NCBI GenBank assembly: GCA_963664405.1
Contig: OY761158.1
Span: 1,376,001 to 1,440,000, forward strand
Origin: Thermoanaerobaculia bacterium
GTDB lineage: Bacteria; Acidobacteriota; Thermoanaerobaculia; Multivoradales; Multivoraceae
Reading direction: 5' to 3'
DNA: 64,000 bases
Shown: one piece after another, positions 37,869-47,286 of the stretch
How positions within the stretch are numbered: the first letter of the stretch is position 1
Layout: every line of letters begins with the position of its first letter
Program-made: the position numbers and the translations under genes
Notes under the pieces: model-generated
Database searches by the model: none
Told to the model about the DNA's origin: nothing
The model's input: only the letters and a program-made list of their open reading frames with translations

Positions 37869-39172
37869 TGGGTTCTAACAACAGTAGCACCGCGCCACCG
37901 GTCGAGGATCACGGTGAGCCCGAAGAGGACCGGAGCGACGACGTGGAAGATGAGCCGAGGGAAGCTCGATAGCAGCGAGAACTCGTAGTCGAAGGTAGCG
38001 GTGAAATATCGAAGGACGTAGACACCGAGGAGCAATAGCACCAGGGAACCGATGACGCGGGTCTCCGCTCGCGCGACCAATAGGGGGATCAGCAAGAGAC
38101 AGACCGGGACTAGGTGCCACTCGGGCCGAAGGAAGGTCTGCCACAGTGCCGCTGCGATCTCGGGCGCTCGACCGGCTTCGAAAGATCCACTCTGCGAGTG
38201 TGAGAACAGGCCGTGTCGATAACCTTGGACCAGCCACGGCAAGCAAGCCAGGAGAGGCGGGGCGAGCCAGCGGCTAAGGATGGAGATACCAGGCCGATGC
38301 CCCGCCTGGAGGCGACGCCACAGGGCCGCGCCGATCAGCAGAACGGCAAGGGCGACTCCTTCGAGCTTCGCCGACGCCGCGAGTCCGGCGAGCAGGCCGA
38401 TCTGCAAATCACCAGTGAGACTCGGGGGCCGGCCCAAGGAAGGCAGAGCAGCAACCAGAGCCAGAGCGATCACCCAGTCTGAGCTCCCCGCCATCAAGTA
38501 GCCGACACCGAACATGACCAGGGTGACGGTGATGATGGCAAGTGAGAACTGTGCCAGGACTCGTTCGACATGCCAGGAACGCAGAGCCTCGCGCGCGCAC
38601 ACCAGCAGCATCGCGAGGAACGCGGCCGACCACAGCAGCAAGGGACCTTCACGGAAGCCGCCGGCAGCCAATGAATGAACAGCATAGAGCTCGGGCAGAA
38701 GCTGGGGATAATCGGGATGTAAGACGAGGTTCCAGTCGTAACTCAGATATTCGTAGTCAATGCCGCGGAGAAGAAAGTATCTGTGGCCCTTGATGCCCCA
38801 GTGGTAGATGAAATCTGGAAAGGTAATCCGCCCCGACGCGGCGAGAACCGCGAAGAAGCCGGTCGCGGTGACCGCCAGCGCGTCGGCCCATCCCAGTCGA
38901 GTCCCCTGTTCGACCGGAGGCCCAGCTGAGCCGATCCAACGGAAGCCGGCGATGGCGAGTCCGGAGACCAACACCACCAGCAGCGCCGGATGCCAGGGCA
39001 AGCCGACCAGATCCAGCCAAGCAAGAGTGATGTGGACTACGAGCAGGCCGGTCGCCAGATACATACACCCGCGAAAGCCAGCGGCGTCCTCATCGCCCAT
39101 AGCGGGGCTCCCGAAACCCCTCCCGAGAGCAGGAAGAGTTGCCAACAAGGCGAGGAGTGCAAGAAGACCCAC
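37865..39172 (-). CDS. Polytopic membrane protein, possible GT-C-fold glycosyltransferase
   Basis: DFIYHWGIKG, HPDYP, KLEG motifs and many TM helices; GTG start inferred. Confidence 0.55.
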   Translation of the reverse strand: MGLLALLALLATLPALGRGFGSPAMGDEDAAGFRGCMYLATGLLVVHITLAWLDLVGLPWHPALLVVLVSGLAIAGFRWIGSAGPPVEQGTRLGWADALAVTATGFFAVLAASGRITFPDFIYHWGIKGHRYFLLRGIDYEYLSYDWNLVLHPDYPQLLPELYAVHSLAAGGFREGPLLLWSAAFLAMLLVCAREALRSWHVERVLAQFSLAIITVTLVMFGVGYLMAGSSDWVIALALVAALPSLGRPPSLTGDLQIGLLAGLAASAKLEGVALAVLLIGAALWRRLQAGHRPGISILSRWLAPPLLACLPWLVQGYRHGLFSHSQSGSFEAGRAPEIAAALWQTFLRPEWHLVPVCLLLIPLLVARAETRVIGSLVLLLLGVYVLRYFTATFDYEFSLLSSFPRLIFHVVAPVLFGLTVILDRWRGATVVRTQ

Positions 39173-39288
39173 CGCGCCATTCTTCCACGCTGGTAGGTGC
39201 CGACGGGTGTGGCTGACGGCCTTCTGAGTGCCGACCCACCGTGTTAAGCTGTCTCGCCTTCGCGACCAAACCTGACCAGGGGAGCCTG

Positions 39289-40401
39289 ATGAATTTCGAT
39301 TTTTCCGACGCACAAAAAATGCTGAAAACCCAGGCCCGAGACTTTCTCAAGAGCGCCTGCCCAACCACCGTGCCCCGCCGAATTCTCGACGGCGACGAGC
39401 CTTTCGCCGCGGAAGTCTGGAAGGAGATCGTCGGCCTGGAATACACCGGCATCTCGATTCCTGAAGAGTACGGCGGCATCGGCTTCGGCTACCTCGAGCT
39501 CTGCTGCGTAGCCGAAGAGATCGGACGAGCGGTAGCGCCAGTACCCTTCTCCTCATCGGTCTACCTCGCAACCGAAGCTCTCCTCTTGGCTGGGAGTGAG
39601 GATCAGAAGAAAGAATACCTCCCGAAATTGGCGGCAGGAGAGATCGTCGGAACCTTCGCCTTCGCCGAGGGAAGCAAAGCCCCCATCGCAGCCAACATGG
39701 ATACCTCTCTTGCCGACGGGAAGCTGAGTGGCGTCAAGCTCCCGGTTCCCGATGGCGACGTAGCCCAACTGGCGGTTGTGATGGCGACTACAAGCGCCGG
39801 ACCGACACTGGCGATAGTCGACTTGGGCGGCGAGGGTGTCGAGAGTGAAGTCGTACAGACGATCGACCCCACACGCTCTCACTCCAAGGTCACGTTTTCC
39901 GGGGCGCCGGCCGAAGTGCTCGGCGCAGAGGGCCAGGGCTGGGATATCAAGGACCGTCTCTTCGACAGAGCGGCGATCCTCTACGCCATGGAGCAGCTCG
40001 GCGGCGCGGACGCCTGCTTGGCCATGGCCGTCGACTATGCTCGCGGTCGATACGCCTTCGGTCGTCCCATCGGCTCCTTCCAGGCGATCAAGCACAAGCT
40101 CGCCGACATGTACATCAAAAATGAGCTGGCCCGAGCGAACTGCTACTACGGTGCGTGGGCACTCTCGAGCGACGCTAAGGAGCTACCCGTGGCCGGAGCC
40201 GGCGCTCGCATCAGCGCAACCCAGGCGTACCACTACGCCTCGAAAGAGAACATCCAGACCCACGGCGGCATCGGCTTCACCTGGGAACACGACTGCCATC
40301 TCTTTTACCGCCGTTCGAAGCTCCTATCGCTCGTCGTTGGCAGCCTGCATTCGTGGAAAGACAAACTGATCACACGCCTCGAGAACGAGGCCGCGGCCTA
40401 G
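39289..40401 (+). CDS. Acyl-CoA dehydrogenase (small subunit of a two-gene ACAD pair)
   Basis: PEEYGG, RYAFGRPIGSFQAIKHKLAD, IQTHGGIGFTWEH. Confidence 0.9.
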   Translation: MNFDFSDAQKMLKTQARDFLKSACPTTVPRRILDGDEPFAAEVWKEIVGLEYTGISIPEEYGGIGFGYLELCCVAEEIGRAVAPVPFSSSVYLATEALLLAGSEDQKKEYLPKLAAGEIVGTFAFAEGSKAPIAANMDTSLADGKLSGVKLPVPDGDVAQLAVVMATTSAGPTLAIVDLGGEGVESEVVQTIDPTRSHSKVTFSGAPAEVLGAEGQGWDIKDRLFDRAAILYAMEQLGGADACLAMAVDYARGRYAFGRPIGSFQAIKHKLADMYIKNELARANCYYGAWALSSDAKELPVAGAGARISATQAYHYASKENIQTHGGIGFTWEHDCHLFYRRSKLLSLVVGSLHSWKDKLITRLENEAAA

Positions 40402-40426
40402 TTTCGGGCAGAGGGAGAGAGCGCAC

Positions 40427-41662
40427 ATGGACTTCAACGACAGCTCTGAGGAAGCGGCATTCCGCGCCGAGGTGCGGGGTTTTCTCGACGCCAACGCAAC
40501 TCTGAAGACGAGCAGCGACGACGACATCTTCGCCGACCGCGGGGACGAGAAGGATCTCGTCCGGCGGGCACAGGAGTGGCAGCTCAAGAAAGCCGAGAAC
40601 GGCTACGCTGTCATCCATTGGCCCGAGGAGTACGGTGGCCGCAACGCATCGCCGATCCAAAGTGTGATCTTCGGCGAGGAAGAGCGCAGGTACGACGTTC
40701 CTCCAGGCGTTTTCGCCATCGGCCTCGGCATGTGCGGACCCGTGCTGATGACTTACGCTGATAAAGAGACAAAAGAGAGACTCCTCCCTGGGATGGCGAG
40801 CGGTAAAGAGATCTGGTGCCAACTCTTCTCGGAGCCGGTTGCGGGTAGCGATCTCGCTGGTCTACGCACGCGCGCCGAGCGCGACGGAGACGACTGGGTC
40901 ATCAACGGCCAGAAGGTATGGACCTCCGGCGCGCACTACTCCAAGTACGGGATTCTGGTCACGCGCCACGACCCCAGCCTGCCGAAGCACAAAGGCCTCA
41001 CCTTCTTCTGGTTGGATATGGAGAGCCCGGGAGTCGAGATCAAACCGATCAAGCAAATCTCCGGCGGCTCCAACTTCAACGAGGTTTTCTTCACCAATGT
41101 GCGCATCCCCGACTCGCAGAGGCTGGGAGAGATCGGGGAAGGTTGGCAGGTCTCTCTCACCACTCTCATGAACGAGAGGCTCGCCGTCGGCGGGGCTGGA
41201 GCGCCCGACTTCGACGACATCTTCCGGCTTGCCCGTCGTGTCGAGCTAAATGTGGCCCCGGCCGTCGTCGACGCAGGCGTGAGGAGCAAGCTGGCAGATT
41301 GGTATGTTCAGGCTGAGGGTCTCCGACTGATCAGGGCACGCACCCAAACCAAGCTCGGTCGTGGCGAGACCCCTGGCCCCGAGTCCTCGATCGGCAAAGT
41401 GGTCAGCGCCAACAAGCAGCAAGAGATTGGCTCTTTCGGAATCGACCTGCTCGAACAGACCGGCGTGCTCACCGACGGCGAGCTACAACCGGGGGACGAG
41501 CTCTTCCAGAGTGGACTCTTGGGCTCACCTGGAATGCGTATCGCTGGCGGCTCCGACGAGATCCTGCGCAACATCATCGCCGAGAGAGTCTTGATGTTGC
41601 CTGGTGACATCCGAGTCGACCGCGACGTAGCCTATTCCGACATCCCGACCGGCCAGGTCTAA
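40427..41662 (+). CDS. Acyl-CoA dehydrogenase (large subunit of the pair)
   Basis: WCQLFSEPVAGSDLA, INGQKVWTS, FNEVFF, IAGGSDEILRNIIAERVL. Confidence 0.92.
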   Translation: MDFNDSSEEAAFRAEVRGFLDANATLKTSSDDDIFADRGDEKDLVRRAQEWQLKKAENGYAVIHWPEEYGGRNASPIQSVIFGEEERRYDVPPGVFAIGLGMCGPVLMTYADKETKERLLPGMASGKEIWCQLFSEPVAGSDLAGLRTRAERDGDDWVINGQKVWTSGAHYSKYGILVTRHDPSLPKHKGLTFFWLDMESPGVEIKPIKQISGGSNFNEVFFTNVRIPDSQRLGEIGEGWQVSLTTLMNERLAVGGAGAPDFDDIFRLARRVELNVAPAVVDAGVRSKLADWYVQAEGLRLIRARTQTKLGRGETPGPESSIGKVVSANKQQEIGSFGIDLLEQTGVLTDGELQPGDELFQSGLLGSPGMRIAGGSDEILRNIIAERVLMLPGDIRVDRDVAYSDIPTGQV

Positions 41663-41719
41663 GCAACGGAAAGTTCACGTCACGCTGACACAGCAGTGGA
41701 TGCCGCCCTTAGCGCTTGC

Positions 41720-41745
41720 GCTACAGAGCGCTACAGATGCTACAG
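41720..41745 (+). promoter_or_regulatory. Three GCTACAG direct repeats just upstream of vapB (candidate operator)
   Basis: GCTACAG at 41720, 41730 and 41739; the last ends 8 bp before the ATG. Confidence 0.45.
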
Positions 41746-41752
41746 TCAGTTC

Positions 41753-42001
41753 ATGAACAAGAGCATCAGTCAGCGGGAGCTTCGCAACGACTCAGGCGCG
41801 ATTCTGCGTGAAGTCCAGGCTGGACAAACCCTAATCGTGACTCGGAACGGTACTCCGATCGCGGAGCTTCGACCCTTACCACCCCGTCGCTTCGTCCCTC
41901 GAGCGGTCATCGGCGACGCCGCGCGGCGGGCGCCCAGCATCGACGCAGCTCAGTTCCGCAGGGATCTCGACGAATCCGTGGATCACACGGTCGATGGCTG
42001 A
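41753..42001 (+). CDS. vapB: Phd/YefM-family antitoxin
   Basis: ISQRELRNDSGAILREVQAGQTLIVTRNGTPIAEL; overlaps the PIN gene. Confidence 0.88.
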   Translation: MNKSISQRELRNDSGAILREVQAGQTLIVTRNGTPIAELRPLPPRRFVPRAVIGDAARRAPSIDAAQFRRDLDESVDHTVDG

Positions 42002-42395
42002 TCCAACTCGCGGCCTACTCGACACCTCGGTAGTCATCGATCACGACCAGATCGACCCGGAGCGGCTCCCCGACGAATCGGCGATCACGGCAGTGACGCT
42101 CGCAGAGCTCGCAGCAGGCCCCCATGCCACGGCGAATGAACAAGAGCGTGCCCGACGCCAGGACAGGCTGCAGTGGGCCGCGGCCACCTTCGACCCTCTA
42201 CCCTTCGACGCCAACGCCGCTCGGACCTACGGCCGCGTCTTTGCCGCCGTCCGTGCCGCCGGTAGATCGAGTAGAAGCCGGTTCGCCGATCTCCTGATCG
42301 CGTCGACCGCTGCGGCGAACGGCCTTCCGCTATACACACGAAACCCAGCCGACCTCAAGGCACTCGAGGGCATCGTCGAGATCGTGGAGCTTTGA
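41994..42395 (+). CDS. vapC: PIN-domain toxin
   Basis: LLDTSVVI, TLAEL, DLLIASTA, LYTRNPAD. Confidence 0.92.
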   Translation: MADPTRGLLDTSVVIDHDQIDPERLPDESAITAVTLAELAAGPHATANEQERARRQDRLQWAAATFDPLPFDANAARTYGRVFAAVRAAGRSSRSRFADLLIASTAAANGLPLYTRNPADLKALEGIVEIVEL

Positions 42396-42520
42396 ACGTC
42401 GAGAAACATGGGCGGCGGCGTGAGCCCGGCTGAACCTCGACCCAAGCAAGTCTCAACGATCTGAGAACCTCCGAGCGTTCAGCCGCTGAGGAAGAAGGAG
42501 ACTCCCGCTCGTATATCCTT

Positions 42521-42680
42521 GCGCTGCCGGAGCCCCCGAGGATTAATTATTGGTCGTGACAACTGCGACCGTGTAGTGTCAATGGTCCGGCCAAGGCAGA
42601 CCATTACAGGCCTCGTAGCTCATCTCAACTGGCGCGAATGGCGCCGTCGTCGGATGGAAAATCCGGAGGGGCCTCGGCGC
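42521..42680 (+). ncRNA. Candidate retron msr/msd ncRNA
   Basis: Imperfect a1/a2-like pairing of 42521-42544 with 42660-42680; internal hairpins GGTCGT/GCGACC (42552-42570) and AATGGTC/GACCATT (42581-42605); directly upstream of a retron RT. Confidence 0.55.
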
Positions 42681-42688
42681 TTCCTGTC

Positions 42689-44444
42689 GTGAGCATCAAT
42701 TCACTGGACCGCGAGATGCGCGAGCGTTTCCTAGCTGTGGAATCGCGTGCTGAACTAGCAACGATCATCGGATTCAGTGACCGGGAGCTCTGCAACATCC
42801 TGTACGGTCGCGGCGAGCGGTCGAAATACCGCACGTTTGAGACTCCTAAAAAGAGGGGCGGCAAGAGAACTATTTCGGCACCACCACACAGGCTGCGCAA
42901 CCTGCAATCTAAGCTCGCCGATGTGCTCTACAAAGTATTTGAACCGCGAGCTTGTGTACACGGATTCGTTCGCGGTCGCAGCATCGTAACTAACGCCGAA
43001 AAAACACTGCGGGAGAAGGTACCTCTTGAATATCGATCTCGAGGACTTCTTCCCTACGATTCACCTCGGCCGAGTACGGGGCGTCTTTACGAGCCCTCCT
43101 TTCAACATGCCTCCGGCGATCGCGACTGTCATCGGGCAGATCGCCTGCGATACTGACGGCAAGCTACCGCAGGGCGCGCCGACGTCGCCCATTGTGTCGA
43201 ATCTAGTTTGCGGGCCGCTTGACACAAGCCTTCAGCGACTCGCTCAGTCGAACGGTAGCTTCTACCCACGATATGCCGACGACATGAGCTTCTCGACCAA
43301 CAGAAGCAAGTTCCCCGATGACCTCGGCCACAGGCTCCCTGGCGGTACCTTTTCCGTTGGACCGCATCTTCGGTCACTCATAGTAAGCCACGGCTTCAGA
43401 ATCAACTTCCACAAGGTGTGGCTGAGAACGAGTGCAGAACATCAGGAAGTGACGGGCCTCACGGTCAACGAGTTTCCTAACATCACGCGGCGTGTAATCA
43501 GACAAACCCGCGCGATTCTCCACAACTGGGACACTACTTCGCTGGGCCAAGCAGCGCAGGTCTTTTCTCAAAAGTGCACTTCAGGTCAACCCACCGGCGA
43601 AGATGCATTCAAGCGTTTCGTTCACGGCCGGCTTTCGTTCATTGGGATGGTCCGCGGTCCAGACGACCCGGTCTACCGTCGGCTTGCAACGAAGCTCGCG
43701 TTCATCGAAAAAAGGACGCCTCCGGACTCGGGCGGGGCGGGGCCCGCGCCGTTGCGAGGAGGGCAAGCCACGACTTCGGGGTGGCAGAGAGTATATGACC
43801 GACTCCGAGAGCACCTGTACCTGCTCCAACTGGACCACGCCCAATCGGATGAGTTTGCTGCTGACCAGCTCGGAACCGCCTTTGGCTATGAGAGAGACCT
43901 CCTGATCACGGCAGGGCACAACCTGGACGGGTTTGACGTCCGCGCGATGGATCATTCGCTTCCGGAGAACGGGATCACTCCAATCAAAGTGAAGTTTCTG
44001 AACGAGCCCCATGGCGTCGACTGTGGTCTCATAACTTTGCCTCCGAATTCGCGTCGAGGATGGCCAGGACAAATCCCAACCCAGGAGCGAATCCCGCAAG
44101 TTGGAGAGGAGGTCGCGACGATAGGGTACCCCCCCCGTTGCCCTGCAGCGGCCCTCGTTAGAAGCCTAAGAGGAGACGTTCAGTTTATCCAGGTGAACTT
44201 TCGGCAAGATCCGGGCCTCAGCGGCTCGCCGCTCGTCGACAAGCGGGGCTATGTACTCGGTATTGTCGTCGAGAATGCCCTCCAGAAGCCCAAACGCACG
44301 GGGATCGATGAAGAGGCCAGCAGCGCCTCCACTGAACATGGTCAGGTACTACCTCTTGGTTACGTGCATCGACTACGGCAAATCGATTGGGGAAGTCGAG
44401 CCGGCAGCACACTGCCGGCACCAGCGATTCCCTCGTCGGAATAG
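42689..44444 (+). CDS. Retron-type reverse transcriptase fused to a C-terminal trypsin-like serine protease; +1 frameshift at A6 run 42999-43004; start uncertain (42638, 42689 or 42716)
   Basis: KKRGGKRTISAP, HGF, NAEKH (after removing one A), DLEDFFPTI, LPQGAPTSP, YADD (43272), VTG (43449); protease TAGH, VDCGLI, GYP, GLSGSP. Confidence 0.88.
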
Positions 44445-44594
44445 CTGTGGCGTGAAACTCTATGAACACCGGGCTAGCCAAATCGCCTGGCGGCACGTGC
44501 TGAACTCTCGGAACCGAGCGCCCCGGCTGTGAGCTTCTTCGGGAGAGGAGTGCGTCCCCAGGCTTATCTGCAGACGGGTCGCGCAGCGGTCTGT

Positions 44595-45224
44595 CTAGAC
44601 CGAAGCACTCTGGCGAGTACTTACGGCCTCGTACCAGCGCTTTGTACGGCTGTGCCCGTCTTCCGGGCCGAGCTTGACCCAACCTGCGAAGTCGACGACA
44701 ACGAGTGCGGTGATATCGGCCAGCGAGAAGCTGCTGCCTGCCAAGTATTCGGAGTCGGCCAGGCGCTGGTCCAGCATAGCGAAGAACTCGACCCCCCGGG
44801 CCAGCCCGCGCTCGGCGAGCTCGGGGATCTGCTCGTAGTTTGTAGGCCCGGTAACGGCTCGCCCAGCCATTCGCTTGCTGCGATTACGCAGCGCGTCGGC
44901 GATCGGCCAGAGTCCTTCTAGCTCGACGCGTGCGTTCCAGCTCGAGACCAGTCCGCGCTCCTCAGGTGTCGTTCCCATCAGCCGGGGCTCGGGCACCATA
45001 GCTTCCAAGTAGGTCGCGATCCCGATGTTCTCGGTGAGGCAGGTCCCATCGTCGAGCTGGAGTACGGGGACGGTGCAGCGTGGGTTGATCTCTTTGAAGG
45101 TATCGGTAAGTTGCTCTCGTTGCCGGAGATTGACCTCGACGGTCTCGACAGTGAGACCTTTCTCGGCGATGAAAATGCGTGCCCGGCGCGGGCTCGGAGC
45201 CGTCTGACAGTCGTAGAACTTCAT
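44595..45224 (-). CDS. Glutathione S-transferase family protein
   Basis: APSPRRARIF, INPRCTVPVL, YLAGSSFSLADI. Confidence 0.9.
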   Translation of the reverse strand: MKFYDCQTAPSPRRARIFIAEKGLTVETVEVNLRQREQLTDTFKEINPRCTVPVLQLDDGTCLTENIGIATYLEAMVPEPRLMGTTPEERGLVSSWNARVELEGLWPIADALRNRSKRMAGRAVTGPTNYEQIPELAERGLARGVEFFAMLDQRLADSEYLAGSSFSLADITALVVVDFAGWVKLGPEDGHSRTKRWYEAVSTRQSASV

Positions 45225-45262
45225 ATGCTTCCTCCGGGAGTCGAGCCTGGCGACGCGCCGGG

Positions 45263-46135
45263 TCAAGCAGTCGCAGGCCTGTCGTGCGTTGATTTGCTCA
45301 GGATCTCGTCAAGAACAGGTTTGATCATCTGCTTGAAGAGCTCAGGGTTCTCTGACATCGGAAAGTGCCCGAGGCCCGACATGAGCTCGCACTGAGCCCC
45401 AGGAATCCGTGCCCGGATCTCCTCTAGATGAGCCGACGTACAAGCCCAGTCGTACTCGCCATTGAGCACATAAACCGCTACCCGGTCGGTCTCGATCTCT
45501 TCGACGACGTCTCGCAAATCATGGTCGATCGAGAAGTAGAAGAGATCACCCTTGAATACCGGCGGCGCTCCCTGGCTGTATACCCACGCTGTCTCCCGCT
45601 TCGCCCACTCGGGACTGGTCGGCGCCATCAGCCCATACATCATCGACGCCTTGAAGTCGTTCGATACCCGAGGGTGGTTTAGGGTGTCGATGAACCCTCC
45701 CGGCGTGAACAGAGCCGCCTCCAGACCGATGACGGCTCTGAAGCGATCCGCATGCTGGTGAGCCAGATCGAGAGCGAGATGCCCTCCTATCGAGCTCCCC
45801 ATATACACAGGGCGGTCGAGATCAAGCGCATCAGCCAGAGCCAGCGGCACCGACATCAGAAAACTCTTGGTCAGCTTGTACTCCTCGGCCCACCACTCCT
45901 CCGAGGTGGGCGGGACAGATTTGCCGTGAAAGGGAAGGTCGTAAGCGATGACCCGAAAATCTCGCGTGGTCTCACTGTCGGCGAGCAAGTGCCGCCACTG
46001 CCGCCCGTCGGCACCCGCTGTGTGTTGCAGAACTAGGGGCACACCCGAGCCGGCCTCCTCGAAGTAGACGCGATACTCGACGCCCTCGATCTCCAGGTAC
46101 ACATACCGTCCGGTGACCTCGTCGAACTTAGCCAT
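45263..46135 (-). CDS. Alpha/beta hydrolase
   Basis: HTAG, DLPFHGKS, GSSIGG nucleophile elbow, GHFPMSENP. Confidence 0.9.
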   Translation of the reverse strand: MAKFDEVTGRYVYLEIEGVEYRVYFEEAGSGVPLVLQHTAGADGRQWRHLLADSETTRDFRVIAYDLPFHGKSVPPTSEEWWAEEYKLTKSFLMSVPLALADALDLDRPVYMGSSIGGHLALDLAHQHADRFRAVIGLEAALFTPGGFIDTLNHPRVSNDFKASMMYGLMAPTSPEWAKRETAWVYSQGAPPVFKGDLFYFSIDHDLRDVVEEIETDRVAVYVLNGEYDWACTSAHLEEIRARIPGAQCELMSGLGHFPMSENPELFKQMIKPVLDEILSKSTHDRPATA

Positions 46136-46553
46136 CGATCGGCTCTCCCCCACCCGTCTCCCGCTCAACCGCCACATAGGATTCGCGTAGTAACTCGAGC
46201 AGCCGACCGACGGCTCGGTAGTAGGCGTAAAAGGTCATGCGATCCCCACCGATCTCGAAGCCGTGGTGCACCTGAGCGCCCCAGAGGTCCTGATAGTAGG
46301 GCGGCGGTACCGGCTCGAGCAGCTTCTTCCAGTCGTCCTCCGGCGCCTCGATCGTGATCGTCGACGGGTAAGAGTGGCGCCGCGCAAAGTCCGACGCCTC
46401 AATCTTGAGCACTTCACCGTCGTGAATATGAATGCAGTAGCGAGCCTTCCCAATGCCGAGCTCGACGCAGGTGTCGAGGTATCGGCCAGCCAGACGAAGC
46501 TCGGGATCTTCGCAGGCCGCCTTCTGGAGCTCGGCAACAGGGATCTCGATCAT
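46128..46553 (-). CDS. Hypothetical protein (SCP2-like fold possible)
   Basis: Overlaps the hydrolase start; GGAG RBS; W.KLLEPVPPP.YQDL motif. Confidence 0.6.
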   Translation of the reverse strand: MIEIPVAELQKAACEDPELRLAGRYLDTCVELGIGKARYCIHIHDGEVLKIEASDFARRHSYPSTITIEAPEDDWKKLLEPVPPPYYQDLWGAQVHHGFEIGGDRMTFYAYYRAVGRLLELLRESYVAVERETGGGEPIDG

Positions 46554-46583
46554 GCACGCTCCCAGAGTGATGCGACCATTTTG

Positions 46584-47189
46584 CTAAAGCCCCCGCGCAA
46601 CACCAAGGAGTTGGTGAGGTCGATGGACCCCACTCGCCATGAGGCCGAAGAACCCCATCGCGCGAATCACTTCTTGCTCACCATCGCCGGATGCTACAAG
46701 CGTAAGCTGGACGGCGGACTCCAGCTTCTCGACGTCCATCTTCCAACCCCGAAACTCGCCCATTGCGTCGACATGCACCGGCACGACCCTGGCCAGCGCT
46801 TCGAGAGTCGGTGCGGGCCCGGAGACTCGAATCTCGAGGCCCCGCTCGATCTCTCGTTCCTCCGCCACCGCACGTAGCATCACTTCGTCGAGATCAACCA
46901 GATGCTGCCGAAGCCGGTTGATACTCACCCGGCTCCAGTCTGTGTTGGGATCCGCCAGAAGCAGACCGACGACTTCTTGAATGGCCGCGATCGCGTCCTG
47001 TCCCACACTGCGAGAGGCCACCTTGGCCGGCGAGTCGTGATGATGACGCTGGATTCCCAGATCAGAGAAGGGATCTTCGCAGCAGTCTGATCGTATTTGG
47101 GCACCGACCCCTTCGACGCCAGTCGCCGCAATAAACACCAGGGCTGCGAGAACGGCGATGATATTGAAAGACGGTCTCTCTCGGGGCAT
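46584..47189 (-). CDS. Secreted His-containing hypothetical protein
   Basis: GGAGG RBS, signal peptide, CC and HHH motifs, TDWSRVSINRLRQHLVD, GFFGLMASGVH. Confidence 0.65.
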   Translation of the reverse strand: MPRERPSFNIIAVLAALVFIAATGVEGVGAQIRSDCCEDPFSDLGIQRHHHDSPAKVASRSVGQDAIAAIQEVVGLLLADPNTDWSRVSINRLRQHLVDLDEVMLRAVAEEREIERGLEIRVSGPAPTLEALARVVPVHVDAMGEFRGWKMDVEKLESAVQLTLVASGDGEQEVIRAMGFFGLMASGVHRPHQLLGVARGL

Positions 47190-47286
47190 CCTTCACCTCC
47201 AGAAGCGAGTGATCGAAGCACTCAACATTGTATCGACAGTAAAGGGAGCCAGGCGTGGACTTGGAGCGAGGCTCTCTCGTAGATCC

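Noticed and set aside
44129-44136. C8 run in the protease domain as a second frameshift
   Set aside because: The frame stays open through the catalytic GLSGSP. The segment after GYP looks short, but this cannot be judged without homologues.
42638-44444. RT as a group II intron, DGR or CRISPR-associated RT
   Set aside because: It has retron-specific NAxxH and VTG motifs. I saw no maturase/HNH domain, intron domain V, TR/VR repeat pair, avd or cas1.
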